Assembly (NCBI GenBank): GCA_018825985.1
Contig: JAHKAP010000018.1
Span: forward strand, 4,134 to 68,133
DNA: 64,000 nt
Direction: 5' to 3'
DNA from: Candidatus Omnitrophota bacterium
GTDB lineage: Bacteria; Omnitrophota; Gorgyraeia; Gygaellales; Profunditerraquicolaceae
Shown here: in pieces, positions 40,796-50,785 of the stretch
Position numbering within the stretch: position 1 is the first letter of the stretch
Layout: each line of letters begins with the position of its first letter
Notes under the pieces: generated by a model
The model's database searches: none
The model's input: the letters and a program-made list of their open reading frames with translations, nothing else
What the model was told of the DNA's origin: nothing
Made by a program: the position numbers and the translations under genes

Positions 40796-42436
40796 TTACA
40801 TCTTATCCGGTTTGCTTATGCCCATTAGATCCAACCCCAGAGAAAGGACGGTCCTCGCCCCATAAATAAGGGCCAGCCTGGATTGGCTTAATTTTTCCTC
40901 AACTCCCAACACCCGGTGCAGATCATAAAAACGATGGAATGCCTCGGCTAGCTCCTGCAGGTATACCGTCAGCATATAAGGATCATAAGTTTTATAACAT
41001 ACATTTAATATATAGAAAAAATACCAAAGTTTGCGGATAAGTTCAAGCTCTTCTTTTTCTTTTAACAAACTAAGGTCTATCTCCTGTTTATTAATATCAA
41101 ACGCGCTATTTTTTAAAATACTGGATATCCTGGCATAAGCATACTGCACATAAAAAACCGGGTTTTCCGAGGTCTGCTTTTTTGCCACCCCTAAATCAAA
41201 ATCCAGATGGCTTGAAGTCCGGCGCATCAGAAAGAAAAATCTTCCGGCATCCCGGCCCACTTCTTCCAAGACCTCTCTTAAAGTTATATACTGTCCCTTG
41301 CGGGTAGACATCTGCAAAGGCTTTGAGTCCCGGAAGATTGTCGCCAACTGGACGATAATTATTGAGATGGTTTCCGGATCGTGGCCAAAAGCCCTTACCG
41401 AAGCCTTGAGCCGGTTAATATACCCGTGATGATCAGGCCCCCAGAGATTTATCAGGTGCTTGAATTTACGGTCATATTTGTCCTGGTGATAAGCGATATC
41501 CGGAGCAAGGTAAGTATATGACCCATCGCTTTTTATAACCACCCTGTCCTTATCGTCCCCAAACTCGGTTGACTTAAACCACCAGGCGCCGTCCTGAACA
41601 TACACGTATTTCTTTTTTTTCAACTCTTCCAAAGCCAATTCTATTTTTCCGCTTTTTCCCAGTTCCTTCTGGCTGTACCAACAGTCAAATTTTACACCGA
41701 AATCATCCAATTCTTTTCTGATTATATCCAGGATATAATCGGCGGAAAATTCGGAATAATCATTGAGCTTCAAGCCCTGTTCAATGATTATTTTAGCGAT
41801 ATCATATATATAATCCCCCTGATAATGATCCTCGGGAAAATCTATTTTCTCTCCGCTAAGTTCCTTAAGCCTCAACCCCACGCTGCGGCCCAGGATATTT
41901 ATCTGGTTACCTTCGTCATTAAGGTAAAATTCCCGCTGGACCTTAAACCCTAAAAATTCCAGGCAATTAGCCAAGCTGTCTCCCACGGCTGCCTGACGGG
42001 CATGAGCGACTGACAATGGTCCGGTAGGATTGGCGCTGACAAATTCAATAATAATCTTTTCATTTTTGCCAAGGTCTTTACGAAAAAAATCAATCCCTTC
42101 CGTAATTATTCCTTTTAACTGTCCGTGAAAATAAGAATCTTTCAGGTAAAAATTGATAAATCCCGCGCCTTCAACCCGGATATCCTTTAAACTTGCTTCA
42201 AGGAGATTGTTAATAAGGTTTTTTTTCAGGGATTCAACTACGCTGCCGGCTATTTCTAATGGAGGTTTTTTTAAAAGGCTGCCTAGTTTTAAGGCAAGGT
42301 TATGGGAGAGGTCGCCGAAACCCGTTGAAATGGAGAATCCGTAAGACAGGTCGTCTTTAAAATTATCATCTAGCTTAAGTTCCTTTAAGGAATTTTGAAT
42401 AAGGGATATTAATAAACCTTGCAGATCTTCTTTCAT
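40796..42436 (-). CDS. argS: arginine--tRNA ligase
   Basis: FVSANPTGPLSVAHAR class I motif and full-length ArgRS similarity. Confidence 0.9.
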   Translation of the reverse strand: MKEDLQGLLISLIQNSLKELKLDDNFKDDLSYGFSISTGFGDLSHNLALKLGSLLKKPPLEIAGSVVESLKKNLINNLLEASLKDIRVEGAGFINFYLKDSYFHGQLKGIITEGIDFFRKDLGKNEKIIIEFVSANPTGPLSVAHARQAAVGDSLANCLEFLGFKVQREFYLNDEGNQINILGRSVGLRLKELSGEKIDFPEDHYQGDYIYDIAKIIIEQGLKLNDYSEFSADYILDIIRKELDDFGVKFDCWYSQKELGKSGKIELALEELKKKKYVYVQDGAWWFKSTEFGDDKDRVVIKSDGSYTYLAPDIAYHQDKYDRKFKHLINLWGPDHHGYINRLKASVRAFGHDPETISIIIVQLATIFRDSKPLQMSTRKGQYITLREVLEEVGRDAGRFFFLMRRTSSHLDFDLGVAKKQTSENPVFYVQYAYARISSILKNSAFDINKQEIDLSLLKEKEELELIRKLWYFFYILNVCYKTYDPYMLTVYLQELAEAFHRFYDLHRVLGVEEKLSQSRLALIYGARTVLSLGLDLMGISKPDKM

Positions 42437-42438
42437 TG

Positions 42439-42804
42439 TTAAGCCGCATTTTTTTCTTTAGGTAAACTCATTTTCTTAGCGTCAGACCAGAGGCGCTCTA
42501 AACAATAAAACTCCCTCATCGGTTTATAGAATATATGGGTTATCACGCTGGCAAAATCCAGGGCTACCCATCCGGATTGATCCGCGGCAGATACCCTTGA
42601 GAGAGATTTAATTTTATCTTTCGCCAGGTCTTCCTGTATGGACTCGGCTAAGGCATTCGCTTGTTTTAAAGAATTGACGCTCAAGATAACAAAATAATCG
42701 CAAAAACCACAAACCTTACGCAGGTCCAGGCCAGTTATGTCTTCGGCTTTCTTATTTACAGCGACAGTTACAATACGCAGGGCTAATTTCTTAGAGTCGA
42801 TTAT
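42439..42804 (-). CDS. rsfS: ribosomal silencing factor RsfS (iojap family), probably with a non-canonical start
   Basis: The track ORF starts at TTG 42684 and gives only 81 aa. The frame stays open to 42810, and the upstream residues KKLALRIVTVAVNKKAEDITGLDLRKVCGFCDYFVI match the RsfS N-terminus. There is no ATG/GTG/TTG after the in-frame stop; ATA or ATC at 42799-42804 follows GGAG. Confidence 0.6.
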   Translation of the reverse strand: MIDSKKLALRIVTVAVNKKAEDITGLDLRKVCGFCDYFVILSVNSLKQANALAESIQEDLAKDKIKSLSRVSAADQSGWVALDFASVITHIFYKPMREFYCLERLWSDAKKMSLPKEKNAA

Positions 42805-42897
42805 GGCTTTTTATCTCCTAAACCCGGGCGGGTATAGATAATTAAACTTATCATATACCCACCCTTAGTTAGACTAATTTAAAGATTATTTCAGGGG

Positions 42898-43044
42898 CTA
42901 CTTGCCTAAGATCTTATACATCCCGGTCCCGCAATCAGGGCATTTTCCCTTCATCGCCTTGCGGCCATTCTTCATGGTTACCTGCTGGCCATCCTTAATC
43001 TCTTTTTTACCCTTACATTTTACACAATATCCTTGTTCTGCCAT
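42898..43044 (-). CDS. small C4 zinc-ribbon protein (48 aa; DUF5679-like), missed by the ORF track
   Basis: ATG at 43042-43044 is preceded by GGAGGAG. Translation is MAEQGYCVKCKGKKEIKDGQQVTMKNGRKAMKGKCPDCGTGMYKILGK, with a CxxC...CxxC motif. Confidence 0.55.
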   Translation of the reverse strand: MAEQGYCVKCKGKKEIKDGQQVTMKNGRKAMKGKCPDCGTGMYKILGK

Positions 43045-43166
43045 GCTTCTCCTCCTCGTATAATGTTCACCAAGAATAGTGAACTTTTGTTTTCAACTTC
43101 TTTGCCTGAAAAACCCGAATTACAAATTATACTATACAACAATTAAATAAAAATTCAATATGAATT

Positions 43167-44180
43167 TTATCTCTCGCGAGAACGTTTCTCTTCAATCTCC
43201 CCGACTATCTCTTCCATTAGGTCTTCCAGGGTAACCAGTCCAAGGGCCTTTTTATGCTCATTAATCACAATGGCGACCTGGGTCTTATCAGCCTGAAATA
43301 TCTTAAGCAGCTCATGAATACCCATAGTGTGCTGGACATAATGGACTTTGCGCAAAACATCCTGCAGCACAAAAAGGCCCTTATCTCTTAATATATAAAG
43401 CAGGTCCCGGGAATAAATTATGCCGACTATATTATCCTTTGATCTGGAGTAAACCGGAAGCTTGGCATACCCTTCCTCAACAGATGTATTTAATATATCG
43501 TCTAAACTCGAGTCAAGGCTTACCGCGACCATCTTATCCTTAGGTATCATTACGCTGCTGACCTCGGTCTCCTGAAATTCAATTACTTTGTGGAGCATCT
43601 TTTTCTCTGTGTCAGTCAAGACCCCATCTTCCTGACCCATCTCGATCATAAAACGAAGTTCCTCCTGAGTTACTAAAGGCGACCTCCTGGCCTGTTTAAC
43701 CCTTAGGATCTTTAAAAGCAAGCTGCTGGCAAAAATAAATACCCGGACTAAAGGGTTTAATATCTTTATCAACAATTCCATCCAGGGAGCGATATACGCC
43801 GCTACCCTCTCAGTATGCTTAGTAGCTATAATCTTGGGGGTTATTTCACAGAAAACAACTACAAAAGAAGCTGAAGATAAAGTGGCGATAATCACGCCCC
43901 ACTGATAGCCGAATGCCTGAACGCAGATCACCGTGATAATTGAAGACATTGCGATATTCACAAAATTATTTCCGATTAAAAGTGCGGCCAGGAACTTATC
44001 CAATTTAGCGATCAACCTCTGGATACTTGACGCGCGCTTTACGCCTTTAGCCAGCATATGACGCAGGCGCATCCTGCTGATCCCGATGATCGAAGTCTCG
44101 GATAAAGAGAAAAAAACAGACAAACCTACCAAAACTATAAATAATATAAACATTAAGATAATATTAACCAATGGCTCCAT
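43167..44180 (-). CDS. CNNM/HlyC-CorC family transporter-associated protein (DUF21, CBS pair, CorC_HlyC)
   Basis: Four N-terminal TM helices (DUF21), tandem CBS region and C-terminal transporter-associated domain; 337 aa. Confidence 0.75.
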   Translation of the reverse strand: MEPLVNIILMFILFIVLVGLSVFFSLSETSIIGISRMRLRHMLAKGVKRASSIQRLIAKLDKFLAALLIGNNFVNIAMSSIITVICVQAFGYQWGVIIATLSSASFVVVFCEITPKIIATKHTERVAAYIAPWMELLIKILNPLVRVFIFASSLLLKILRVKQARRSPLVTQEELRFMIEMGQEDGVLTDTEKKMLHKVIEFQETEVSSVMIPKDKMVAVSLDSSLDDILNTSVEEGYAKLPVYSRSKDNIVGIIYSRDLLYILRDKGLFVLQDVLRKVHYVQHTMGIHELLKIFQADKTQVAIVINEHKKALGLVTLEDLMEEIVGEIEEKRSRER

Positions 44181-44181
44181 T

Positions 44182-45453
44182 TTATTTTAAAGTAAGTTCC
44201 TGCCTGATCTGTTCTTCCTGAGTTTTAAGCGGTCCGATCATCGCCAGATTAAGTTTATTCTCCTGGAATATCAGCTGGGCGGCTTCCCGGATATCTTCTT
44301 TCTTTAGTTTATCGATCTCTTTGATCACCTGTTCCAAAGTGTAAGTCTTGTCCAGGGTCAGGGTCGATTCGCCTATCCAGAGCATTTGATCCATAGTATC
44401 TTCCATGGCCAGCTCCAATTGCCCGAGATAAAATTCCTTAGCCCGTTTTAATTCATCGTTTAAAACCAGGACATTTTTAATCTTTCCTAATTCTTCCAGG
44501 ATCACCCGGACCGCCTCAATTACTTTACGGTTATCAATACCGGCATGGACCAGGAAAGCGCCGGTATCTTGGAAACGTTTAACCGCTGTGCCGATTTCAT
44601 AAGCCAGGCCTTTATTTTCCCTTAATTCGTTAAACAACCGGCTGGACATATTAGCGCCCAATATTACATGTAATATCGCTTGAGCGTATTTTAAAGGGTC
44701 TTCTCTTTTAAAACTATGGAACCCTATCACTATATGGGTCTGCTCCGTATCTTTAGGCAAAAGTTTTAGCTGAGGCCTGGCCTGGCCACCCTCTCTTACT
44801 TTTATAAACTCGTTTGCAAAGCTTTTCTTGCAACCTAAAAATGCCCTTCCTATGTCTTTAATAAATTTATCATTATCCATCGATCCGGCGGCAGAAACCA
44901 CAATATTTACCGGGGTATAGTGTTTATTCTTATAGGAATCAAGGTCTGCCTTATTGATTGCACACACTGATTCTGCGCTGCCGATAACGCTTGCGCCCAG
45001 CATCTGGTTTGGCCAGAGTAATTCATCCAATAAATCATATACATAGCTCTGGGGCATGTCTTTATACATTTTTATTTCTTCGAGAATTACTGTCCTTTCT
45101 TTATCAATATCCTCTTGGGATAATTTAGGATTAATAACCATGTCCGATAGCACGCTTAAACCCAGGTTCAGGTAGCGGCAGGGCAATTTAACCAGATAGC
45201 AGGTCGCCTCCTCAGAAGTAAAGCCATTCAAAGTCCCCCCCACCCCTTCGATCGATTCTTTGATCCTGCGGCAGGAGTATTTCCTGCTCCCCTTGAACAA
45301 TAGATGCTCCAGATAATGGCTTATACCTTTATTCTGATAGGTCTCATACCTGCCGCCGATCTTTATCCAAACGCCTAAAGCAACCGACTGCATCTTAGGC
45401 ATCGGGCTGGTAATTATCCTCAGTCCATTTTTTAATATAGTTTTCTTATACAT
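44182..45453 (-). CDS. M16-family (pitrilysin-like) zinc peptidase
   Basis: HYLEHLLFKGS inverted zincin HxxEH motif. Confidence 0.8.
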   Translation of the reverse strand: MYKKTILKNGLRIITSPMPKMQSVALGVWIKIGGRYETYQNKGISHYLEHLLFKGSRKYSCRRIKESIEGVGGTLNGFTSEEATCYLVKLPCRYLNLGLSVLSDMVINPKLSQEDIDKERTVILEEIKMYKDMPQSYVYDLLDELLWPNQMLGASVIGSAESVCAINKADLDSYKNKHYTPVNIVVSAAGSMDNDKFIKDIGRAFLGCKKSFANEFIKVREGGQARPQLKLLPKDTEQTHIVIGFHSFKREDPLKYAQAILHVILGANMSSRLFNELRENKGLAYEIGTAVKRFQDTGAFLVHAGIDNRKVIEAVRVILEELGKIKNVLVLNDELKRAKEFYLGQLELAMEDTMDQMLWIGESTLTLDKTYTLEQVIKEIDKLKKEDIREAAQLIFQENKLNLAMIGPLKTQEEQIRQELTLK

Positions 45454-46239
45454 TTATCCTTTTAGGGTTTTAACGAAATCGGTTACTCTCTTGATTAAAT
45501 CCGGGCGTTTGATATTCTCCTTGATCTTACGGACGATCGCGCTGCCGACAATCACCCCGTCAGCCGTTTTATTTATCTGCCTTATCTGCCGGGGCGTTGA
45601 AACTCCGAACCCCAGGCAAACTGGTTTATCCGTATATCTCTTGATCAATTTGACCTGCCGGATAAAATCTTTAGGCAGTTCTTTGCGGGAACCGGTGACT
45701 CCGGTCAATGAAACATAATAAATAAAACCATTGGCATTTTTTGCCACGTATTTTATCCTCTCCGGCGAACTGGTAGGCGCCAGAAAAAATATAATATCCA
45801 AACCGGACTTTCCGGCAACGCTCTTAAGTTTATTTCCTTCATCAGCCGGAAGATCAGGGATGATCACCCCGTCCACGCCGGAACAAAAAGCTTTTTTTAC
45901 AAATCTTTCCTCTCCAAAACAAAAAATAGGGTTGTAATAAGACATCAGGCAGATCGGGGTATCGGTATTTTTCCGCGCTAATTTAACTAGATTAAATATT
46001 TTATCCAGGTTAATGTCTTTTCTTAAAGCATGCTGCGAAGACTCCTGGATGATCGCCCCGTCAGCCAGGGGATCGGAAAAAGGAACACCCAATTCAATTA
46101 TGTCTACGCCCGCTTTAGAAAATTCCCGGATTAGCCCGGCGGTAGTAAACAGGTCAGGATATCCGGCAGTAATAAAAGCGATGAATGCCTTTTTATTCTG
46201 CTTTTTTAACTCCTTGAATTTTTTTTCAATCCGGTTCAT
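45454..46239 (-). CDS. trpA: tryptophan synthase alpha chain
   Basis: Full-length TrpA similarity; 261 aa. Confidence 0.9.
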   Translation of the reverse strand: MNRIEKKFKELKKQNKKAFIAFITAGYPDLFTTAGLIREFSKAGVDIIELGVPFSDPLADGAIIQESSQHALRKDINLDKIFNLVKLARKNTDTPICLMSYYNPIFCFGEERFVKKAFCSGVDGVIIPDLPADEGNKLKSVAGKSGLDIIFFLAPTSSPERIKYVAKNANGFIYYVSLTGVTGSRKELPKDFIRQVKLIKRYTDKPVCLGFGVSTPRQIRQINKTADGVIVGSAIVRKIKENIKRPDLIKRVTDFVKTLKG

Positions 46240-47423
46240 AGTTTTAACGCTTCCGTAACGATCCCCATATCTTTATCTCCCCTTCCGGAGAGGCAGGCTA
46301 TTACAATGTTATTTTTTTTAAGCTTCATTTTCTTAAGATAATAAATTGCGTGGGCCGATTCTAAAGCCGGAATGATCCCTTCGGATATGGATAACATTTT
46401 GAAACCTTCCAGCGCCTCCCGATCCTTTACAGCTACATAGGTCGCCCGTTTTATATCTTTATAATAAGCGTGCTCCGGCCCGACTCCTGGATAATCTAGC
46501 CCCGCAGCAATTGAATGCGTAGGGCTTATTTGGCCGTAGACATCTTCCAAGAGGTTCGATTTAGAACCATGAAGTACTCCGGTCTTCCCGCTGACTAAGG
46601 TTGCCGCGTGCTTACCGGTATTTATTCCCCGGCCTGCTGCCTCTACTCCTAAGAATCTGACTTTTTTATCACTGAAAAATGGGTAAAATAACCCCATTGC
46701 GTTGCTTCCGCCGCCAACACAAGCCAATAAATAACCGGGGAGTCTTTTTTCTTTATTTAATATCTGCCTTCTAGCCTCCCGGCCGATAATAGACTGAAAA
46801 TCCCTGACCAGCATCGGATATGGGTGCGGCCCGGCAACAGTCCCGATGACATAATGGGTGAGGCGCACATTAGTAACCCAGTCCCTTAAGGCTTCGGTCA
46901 TGGCGTCTTTTAATGTCTTAGTGCCGCTTTTCACCGGTATTACCCTGGCCCCTAAAAGCCGCATCCGGTAAACATTCAAACTCTGCCGGATAATATCTTC
47001 CTCGCCCATATAGATATCACATTTTAAACCGAATAACGCCGCTACCGTAGCAGTAGCTACTCCATGTTGGCCTGCGCCGGTCTCCGCTATAACTCTATTT
47101 TTTTTCATCCTGACTGCCAGGAGTATCTGGCCTAAAGTATTATTGATTTTATGTGCGCCGGTATGCAGCAGATCTTCTCTTTTTAAATATATCTTAAACC
47201 CTAAGTCCCGGCTCAGATTAGCGGCAAAATATAACGGCGTGGGCCTTCCGGCATATTCCTTTAGATAATAATCCAGCTCTTTGCGAAAAGCCAAATCATT
47301 TCTTGCTTTCTTATATTCCCTCTCTAATTCATCGAGAGCATATATAAGGGTCTCAGGAACGAACCTCCCTCCAAAATCACCAAAATATCCTTTTTTGTTC
47401 GGCACCATATTTATCAGGGACAC
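46236..47423 (-). CDS. trpB: tryptophan synthase beta chain
   Basis: PLP-enzyme motifs (HTGAHKINN) and full-length TrpB similarity. Confidence 0.9.
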   Translation of the reverse strand: MSLINMVPNKKGYFGDFGGRFVPETLIYALDELEREYKKARNDLAFRKELDYYLKEYAGRPTPLYFAANLSRDLGFKIYLKREDLLHTGAHKINNTLGQILLAVRMKKNRVIAETGAGQHGVATATVAALFGLKCDIYMGEEDIIRQSLNVYRMRLLGARVIPVKSGTKTLKDAMTEALRDWVTNVRLTHYVIGTVAGPHPYPMLVRDFQSIIGREARRQILNKEKRLPGYLLACVGGGSNAMGLFYPFFSDKKVRFLGVEAAGRGINTGKHAATLVSGKTGVLHGSKSNLLEDVYGQISPTHSIAAGLDYPGVGPEHAYYKDIKRATYVAVKDREALEGFKMLSISEGIIPALESAHAIYYLKKMKLKKNNIVIACLSGRGDKDMGIVTEALKL

Positions 47424-47501
47424 CCCGCCAGCTAAAGCTGAGGGTGTCCCCCTTCCATCATCTTAGGGGACACCCTGCCGATTAGTCAGCGGGGTGTCCC
47501 T
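47417..47501. repeat. two tandem GGGACACCC...GGGTGTCCC hairpins (REP-like palindromic elements)
   Basis: 47417-47450 has the same stem and CAGCTAAAGCT loop as the hairpin at 10762-10796. 47466-47501 is a variant with a different loop. Confidence 0.7.
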
Positions 47502-47508
47502 ATGGTTT

Positions 47509-48123
47509 TTATTTTTTGACGGCTTTAATGAATTTTCTGACTTTACTCTGATCCTTTTTTCCCGGCAGCTTCTCTACGCCGCTGGAAACATCAACCCAGT
47601 GAGGACGAAAAGTTTTAATCGCCTGACAGACGTTTTTCTCAGTCAGGCCCCCGGATAAAAAGATCGGCCGGGTAATACACTCCGGATGCTGCACGAATTT
47701 CCAGTTAAAAACTTTACCGCTTCCGCCGAAACCGGACTTGGTATAAGTATCAAATAAATAAGCAAAAGCATTGTATTTTAATATCTCTTCCGGGCCGATA
47801 ACCCCCTTTACCCTAAAAGCTTTAATTACCCGTTTATCTTTAAACTTGGCGCAAAATTCCGGCGTTTCATCTCCGTGGAATTGGAGGAGATTTAATTTAC
47901 ATATTTTGGCGGTCTTTCTGATAAATGATTCAGTAGAATTAACAAAAACCCCGATCTTAATGATCTTCTCGGGTAATTGCCTGATTATACTACTCGCCTT
48001 AAGCGGACTGATGTACCGCGGGCTTTTTTTATAAAACATAAACCCCAAGGCATCGCAGCCTGCGTTTACTGCGGTCAAAGCATCTTCCAAATTAGTTATC
48101 CCGCAAATCTTTACTTTAACCAT
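47509..48123 (-). CDS. trpF: phosphoribosylanthranilate isomerase
   Basis: VKICGITN N-terminus. Likely start at the ATG at 48123 preceded by GGAGG; the track ORF extends 22 codons upstream. Confidence 0.85.
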   Translation of the reverse strand: MVKVKICGITNLEDALTAVNAGCDALGFMFYKKSPRYISPLKASSIIRQLPEKIIKIGVFVNSTESFIRKTAKICKLNLLQFHGDETPEFCAKFKDKRVIKAFRVKGVIGPEEILKYNAFAYLFDTYTKSGFGGSGKVFNWKFVQHPECITRPIFLSGGLTEKNVCQAIKTFRPHWVDVSSGVEKLPGKKDQSKVRKFIKAVKK

Positions 48124-48148
48124 CCCCGCCTCCAGACTCCAAGCTAAT

Positions 48149-48937
48149 TCACCATCCCATAAGGTCCTTAATCTTCTCCGACCTATCATCAGCCCTTAAT
48201 ATAGATTCACCGATTAAAACCGCTTTTACTCCCAGAATCTTCAGGAATAAAATATCCTGGGAATTTTTCAGGCCGCTTTCTACTACCACTACCTTATCTT
48301 TGGGAACTAAAGTAATTAGCCTCTCGGTAATCTTAGGATCAACCTCCAAAGTATGTAAATCACGGTTATTTATGCCTATTAGAGGAACCTTTAGGTCCAG
48401 GACTTTTTTTAATTCTTTTTCCGTGTGCGCCTCAACCAAACAATCCATTCCTAAACTATCAGCGATCTTCATAAATTCTGATATTTTATCCTTGGAAAGC
48501 AGGTCCGCAATCAAGAGTATAGCGTCGGCCCCAAAAAACCTGGATTCATAAACCTGATAGGCTTCAATGATAAAATCTTTTCTTAACACCGGCAGATCAA
48601 CCGCGCTTTTAACCTCGTTTATAAAATTCAGGTTGCCGGCAAAAAAATCTTCTTCAGTTAGAACCGATATGCCTTGAGCCCCTGCCTCCTTATAAACCCT
48701 GGCGATATCAGCCGGGATAAACTCCTGGCAGATGAGCCCCTGAGAAGGCGATTGTTTCTTTATCTCGGCAATTAAAGAAATAGCTTTAGGCTTATTGATG
48801 GCCGCAATAAACTCCCTGGCCGCAGGCAGCCCCTGAACTTTATTTTTTAGTTCTTCTTCGGGAAGAGCCTGTTTAGCTAAAACGAGCCTCTCTTTTTTCT
48901 TAGCAACAATGTCCTTTAAACAATCTGTTTTTTTCAT
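48149..48937 (-). CDS. trpC: indole-3-glycerol-phosphate synthase
   Basis: Full-length IGPS similarity; 262 aa. Confidence 0.9.
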   Translation of the reverse strand: MKKTDCLKDIVAKKKERLVLAKQALPEEELKNKVQGLPAAREFIAAINKPKAISLIAEIKKQSPSQGLICQEFIPADIARVYKEAGAQGISVLTEEDFFAGNLNFINEVKSAVDLPVLRKDFIIEAYQVYESRFFGADAILLIADLLSKDKISEFMKIADSLGMDCLVEAHTEKELKKVLDLKVPLIGINNRDLHTLEVDPKITERLITLVPKDKVVVVESGLKNSQDILFLKILGVKAVLIGESILRADDRSEKIKDLMGW

Positions 48938-48940
48938 TTC

Positions 48941-49504
48941 TTACGCCCTTAAAAAGTTAGCCAAAATATCTTTTCCATCCCTGGTCATAATTGACTCCGG
49001 ATGAAATTGCAATCCCCATAACGGATATTTCTTATGTTTTAAACCCATGACCTCTTTGTCTTTGGTCCAAGCAGTTATCTCTAAGGCCGCCGGAAAACTT
49101 ATGCGTTCTATTATTAAAGAATGGTAACGGGTAGCTTCAAAAGGATTAGGTATACCTTTAAAGATGCCTTTCTTTTTATGATATATCAAAGAAGTCTTCC
49201 CGTGCATGATCTTATCCGCTACTTTAATCTTTCCGCCGCAAACATAACCTATTGCTTGATGCCCCAGGCACACCCCCAGGATCGGGATCTTAGGGCTAAA
49301 TTCCCGGATGACCTCGCAGGAGATCCCGGCATCTTCAGGTCTTCCCGGGCCCGGAGAAATCACGATTCTTTGAGGACTAAGCCTTTCAATCTCACCCAAA
49401 CTTATCTTATCATTCCGAAAAACCCGAACCTTAGCCCCCAATTCCTCCAGGTATTGAACCAGGTTGTAGGTAAAAGAATCGTAATTATCAATCATCAATA
49501 TCAT
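48941..49504 (-). CDS. trpG: anthranilate synthase component II / PabA-type glutamine amidotransferase
   Basis: Class I GATase catalytic triad context (GVCLGHQ, HPE); 187 aa. Confidence 0.85.
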   Translation of the reverse strand: MILMIDNYDSFTYNLVQYLEELGAKVRVFRNDKISLGEIERLSPQRIVISPGPGRPEDAGISCEVIREFSPKIPILGVCLGHQAIGYVCGGKIKVADKIMHGKTSLIYHKKKGIFKGIPNPFEATRYHSLIIERISFPAALEITAWTKDKEVMGLKHKKYPLWGLQFHPESIMTRDGKDILANFLRA

Positions 49505-49505
49505 T

Positions 49506-50768
49506 TTATTCTTTTTCTCTCCAGATCCTTGCTCCTGCGCCCCTTAATTTATCCTCCAGGTTTTCATATCCGCGCTCCAAATGATAGATTCTAGATATCG
49601 AAGTAATCCCTTTAGCGGCTAAACCAGCCAGGACCAAACAGGCTGAAGCCCTCAGATCCGAGGCCATAACCTGAGCTCCGGATAAACCTTTTACACCTTC
49701 AACAATAGCATGCGGCCCTTCTCTTTGAATAAGCGCGCCCATACGGTTAAGTTCTGCGACATGCATAAACCTATCCGGATATATCTTTTCAGTGATTACA
49801 CTTATACCGGAAGTTATAGTCATCAAGCTCATAACCTGGGCCTGCATATCCGTGGGGAATCCCGGATACGGAAGCGTGGTAACATTGATCGGTTTTAGTT
49901 TATTTCTCAATCTCACCCTGATTGAATCGCTGGATTTAATTATCGAAGCGCCGGATTCTTCCAGTTTATCAATAACCGCGCCCAGATGAGGATAAAGGGC
50001 GTTTTTTATGTTCAAATCTCCTTTAGTGATCAAAGCGGCAGCCATAAGAGTGCCGGCTTCGATCCGGTCCGGGATTATCTTATGTTCACAGCCATGAAGT
50101 TTTTTCACCCCTTCAATTTCAATTATCGGAGTGCCATGCCCTTTGATCTTGGCCCCCATTTTAATCAAGAATTCAGCCAGGTCTGCTATTTCAGGCTCAC
50201 AAGCAGCTGATTCAATAACGGTTTTTCCTTTAGCAAACACAGCTGCCATCATCACATTATCCGTAGCTAATACCGAAGAGCCGTAAACCCCGCCCAGATA
50301 CATATACGATCCCTTAAGCCGGGAGGCTTTAGCCACTACATAACCGGATTCGATATCGATATGAGCCCCTAAAGCCCGAAGCCCTTTAAGATGTAAATCT
50401 ACCGGCCTCACCCCAATGATACAACCTCCGGGCAAAGAAACCCTGGCTTTTTTAAACCTGCCTAAAAGCGGGCCCAGGACGCAAAAAGATGCCCGCATGG
50501 TCGAGACCAATTTATAATCAGCGGTCAGGACCGGATCTCCTGCCTGGGTAACCTTAACAACTCCCTTAACATAATCGGCCATTTTACCTAAAGAACGCAA
50601 GATCTTCAACATTGTGATCACATCGCGTAAATTAGGCACGCCCCTTATAACACAAGGCTCATCAGTCATCAGAGTCGCCGCCAAAATAGGAAGCACTGAG
50701 TTCTTTGAGCCCGAAACCAGGACTTCACCTTTAAGCCTTACTCCACCTTCAATAACTAATCTATCCAT
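49506..50768 (-). CDS. murA: UDP-N-acetylglucosamine 1-carboxyvinyltransferase
   Basis: Full-length EPT-family similarity with the active Cys loop ([10 protein letters not shown] context); 420 aa. Confidence 0.9.
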   Translation of the reverse strand: MDRLVIEGGVRLKGEVLVSGSKNSVLPILAATLMTDEPCVIRGVPNLRDVITMLKILRSLGKMADYVKGVVKVTQAGDPVLTADYKLVSTMRASFCVLGPLLGRFKKARVSLPGGCIIGVRPVDLHLKGLRALGAHIDIESGYVVAKASRLKGSYMYLGGVYGSSVLATDNVMMAAVFAKGKTVIESAACEPEIADLAEFLIKMGAKIKGHGTPIIEIEGVKKLHGCEHKIIPDRIEAGTLMAAALITKGDLNIKNALYPHLGAVIDKLEESGASIIKSSDSIRVRLRNKLKPINVTTLPYPGFPTDMQAQVMSLMTITSGISVITEKIYPDRFMHVAELNRMGALIQREGPHAIVEGVKGLSGAQVMASDLRASACLVLAGLAAKGITSISRIYHLERGYENLEDKLRGAGARIWREKE

Positions 50769-50785
50769 CTTAAAAAAACTCCTGT

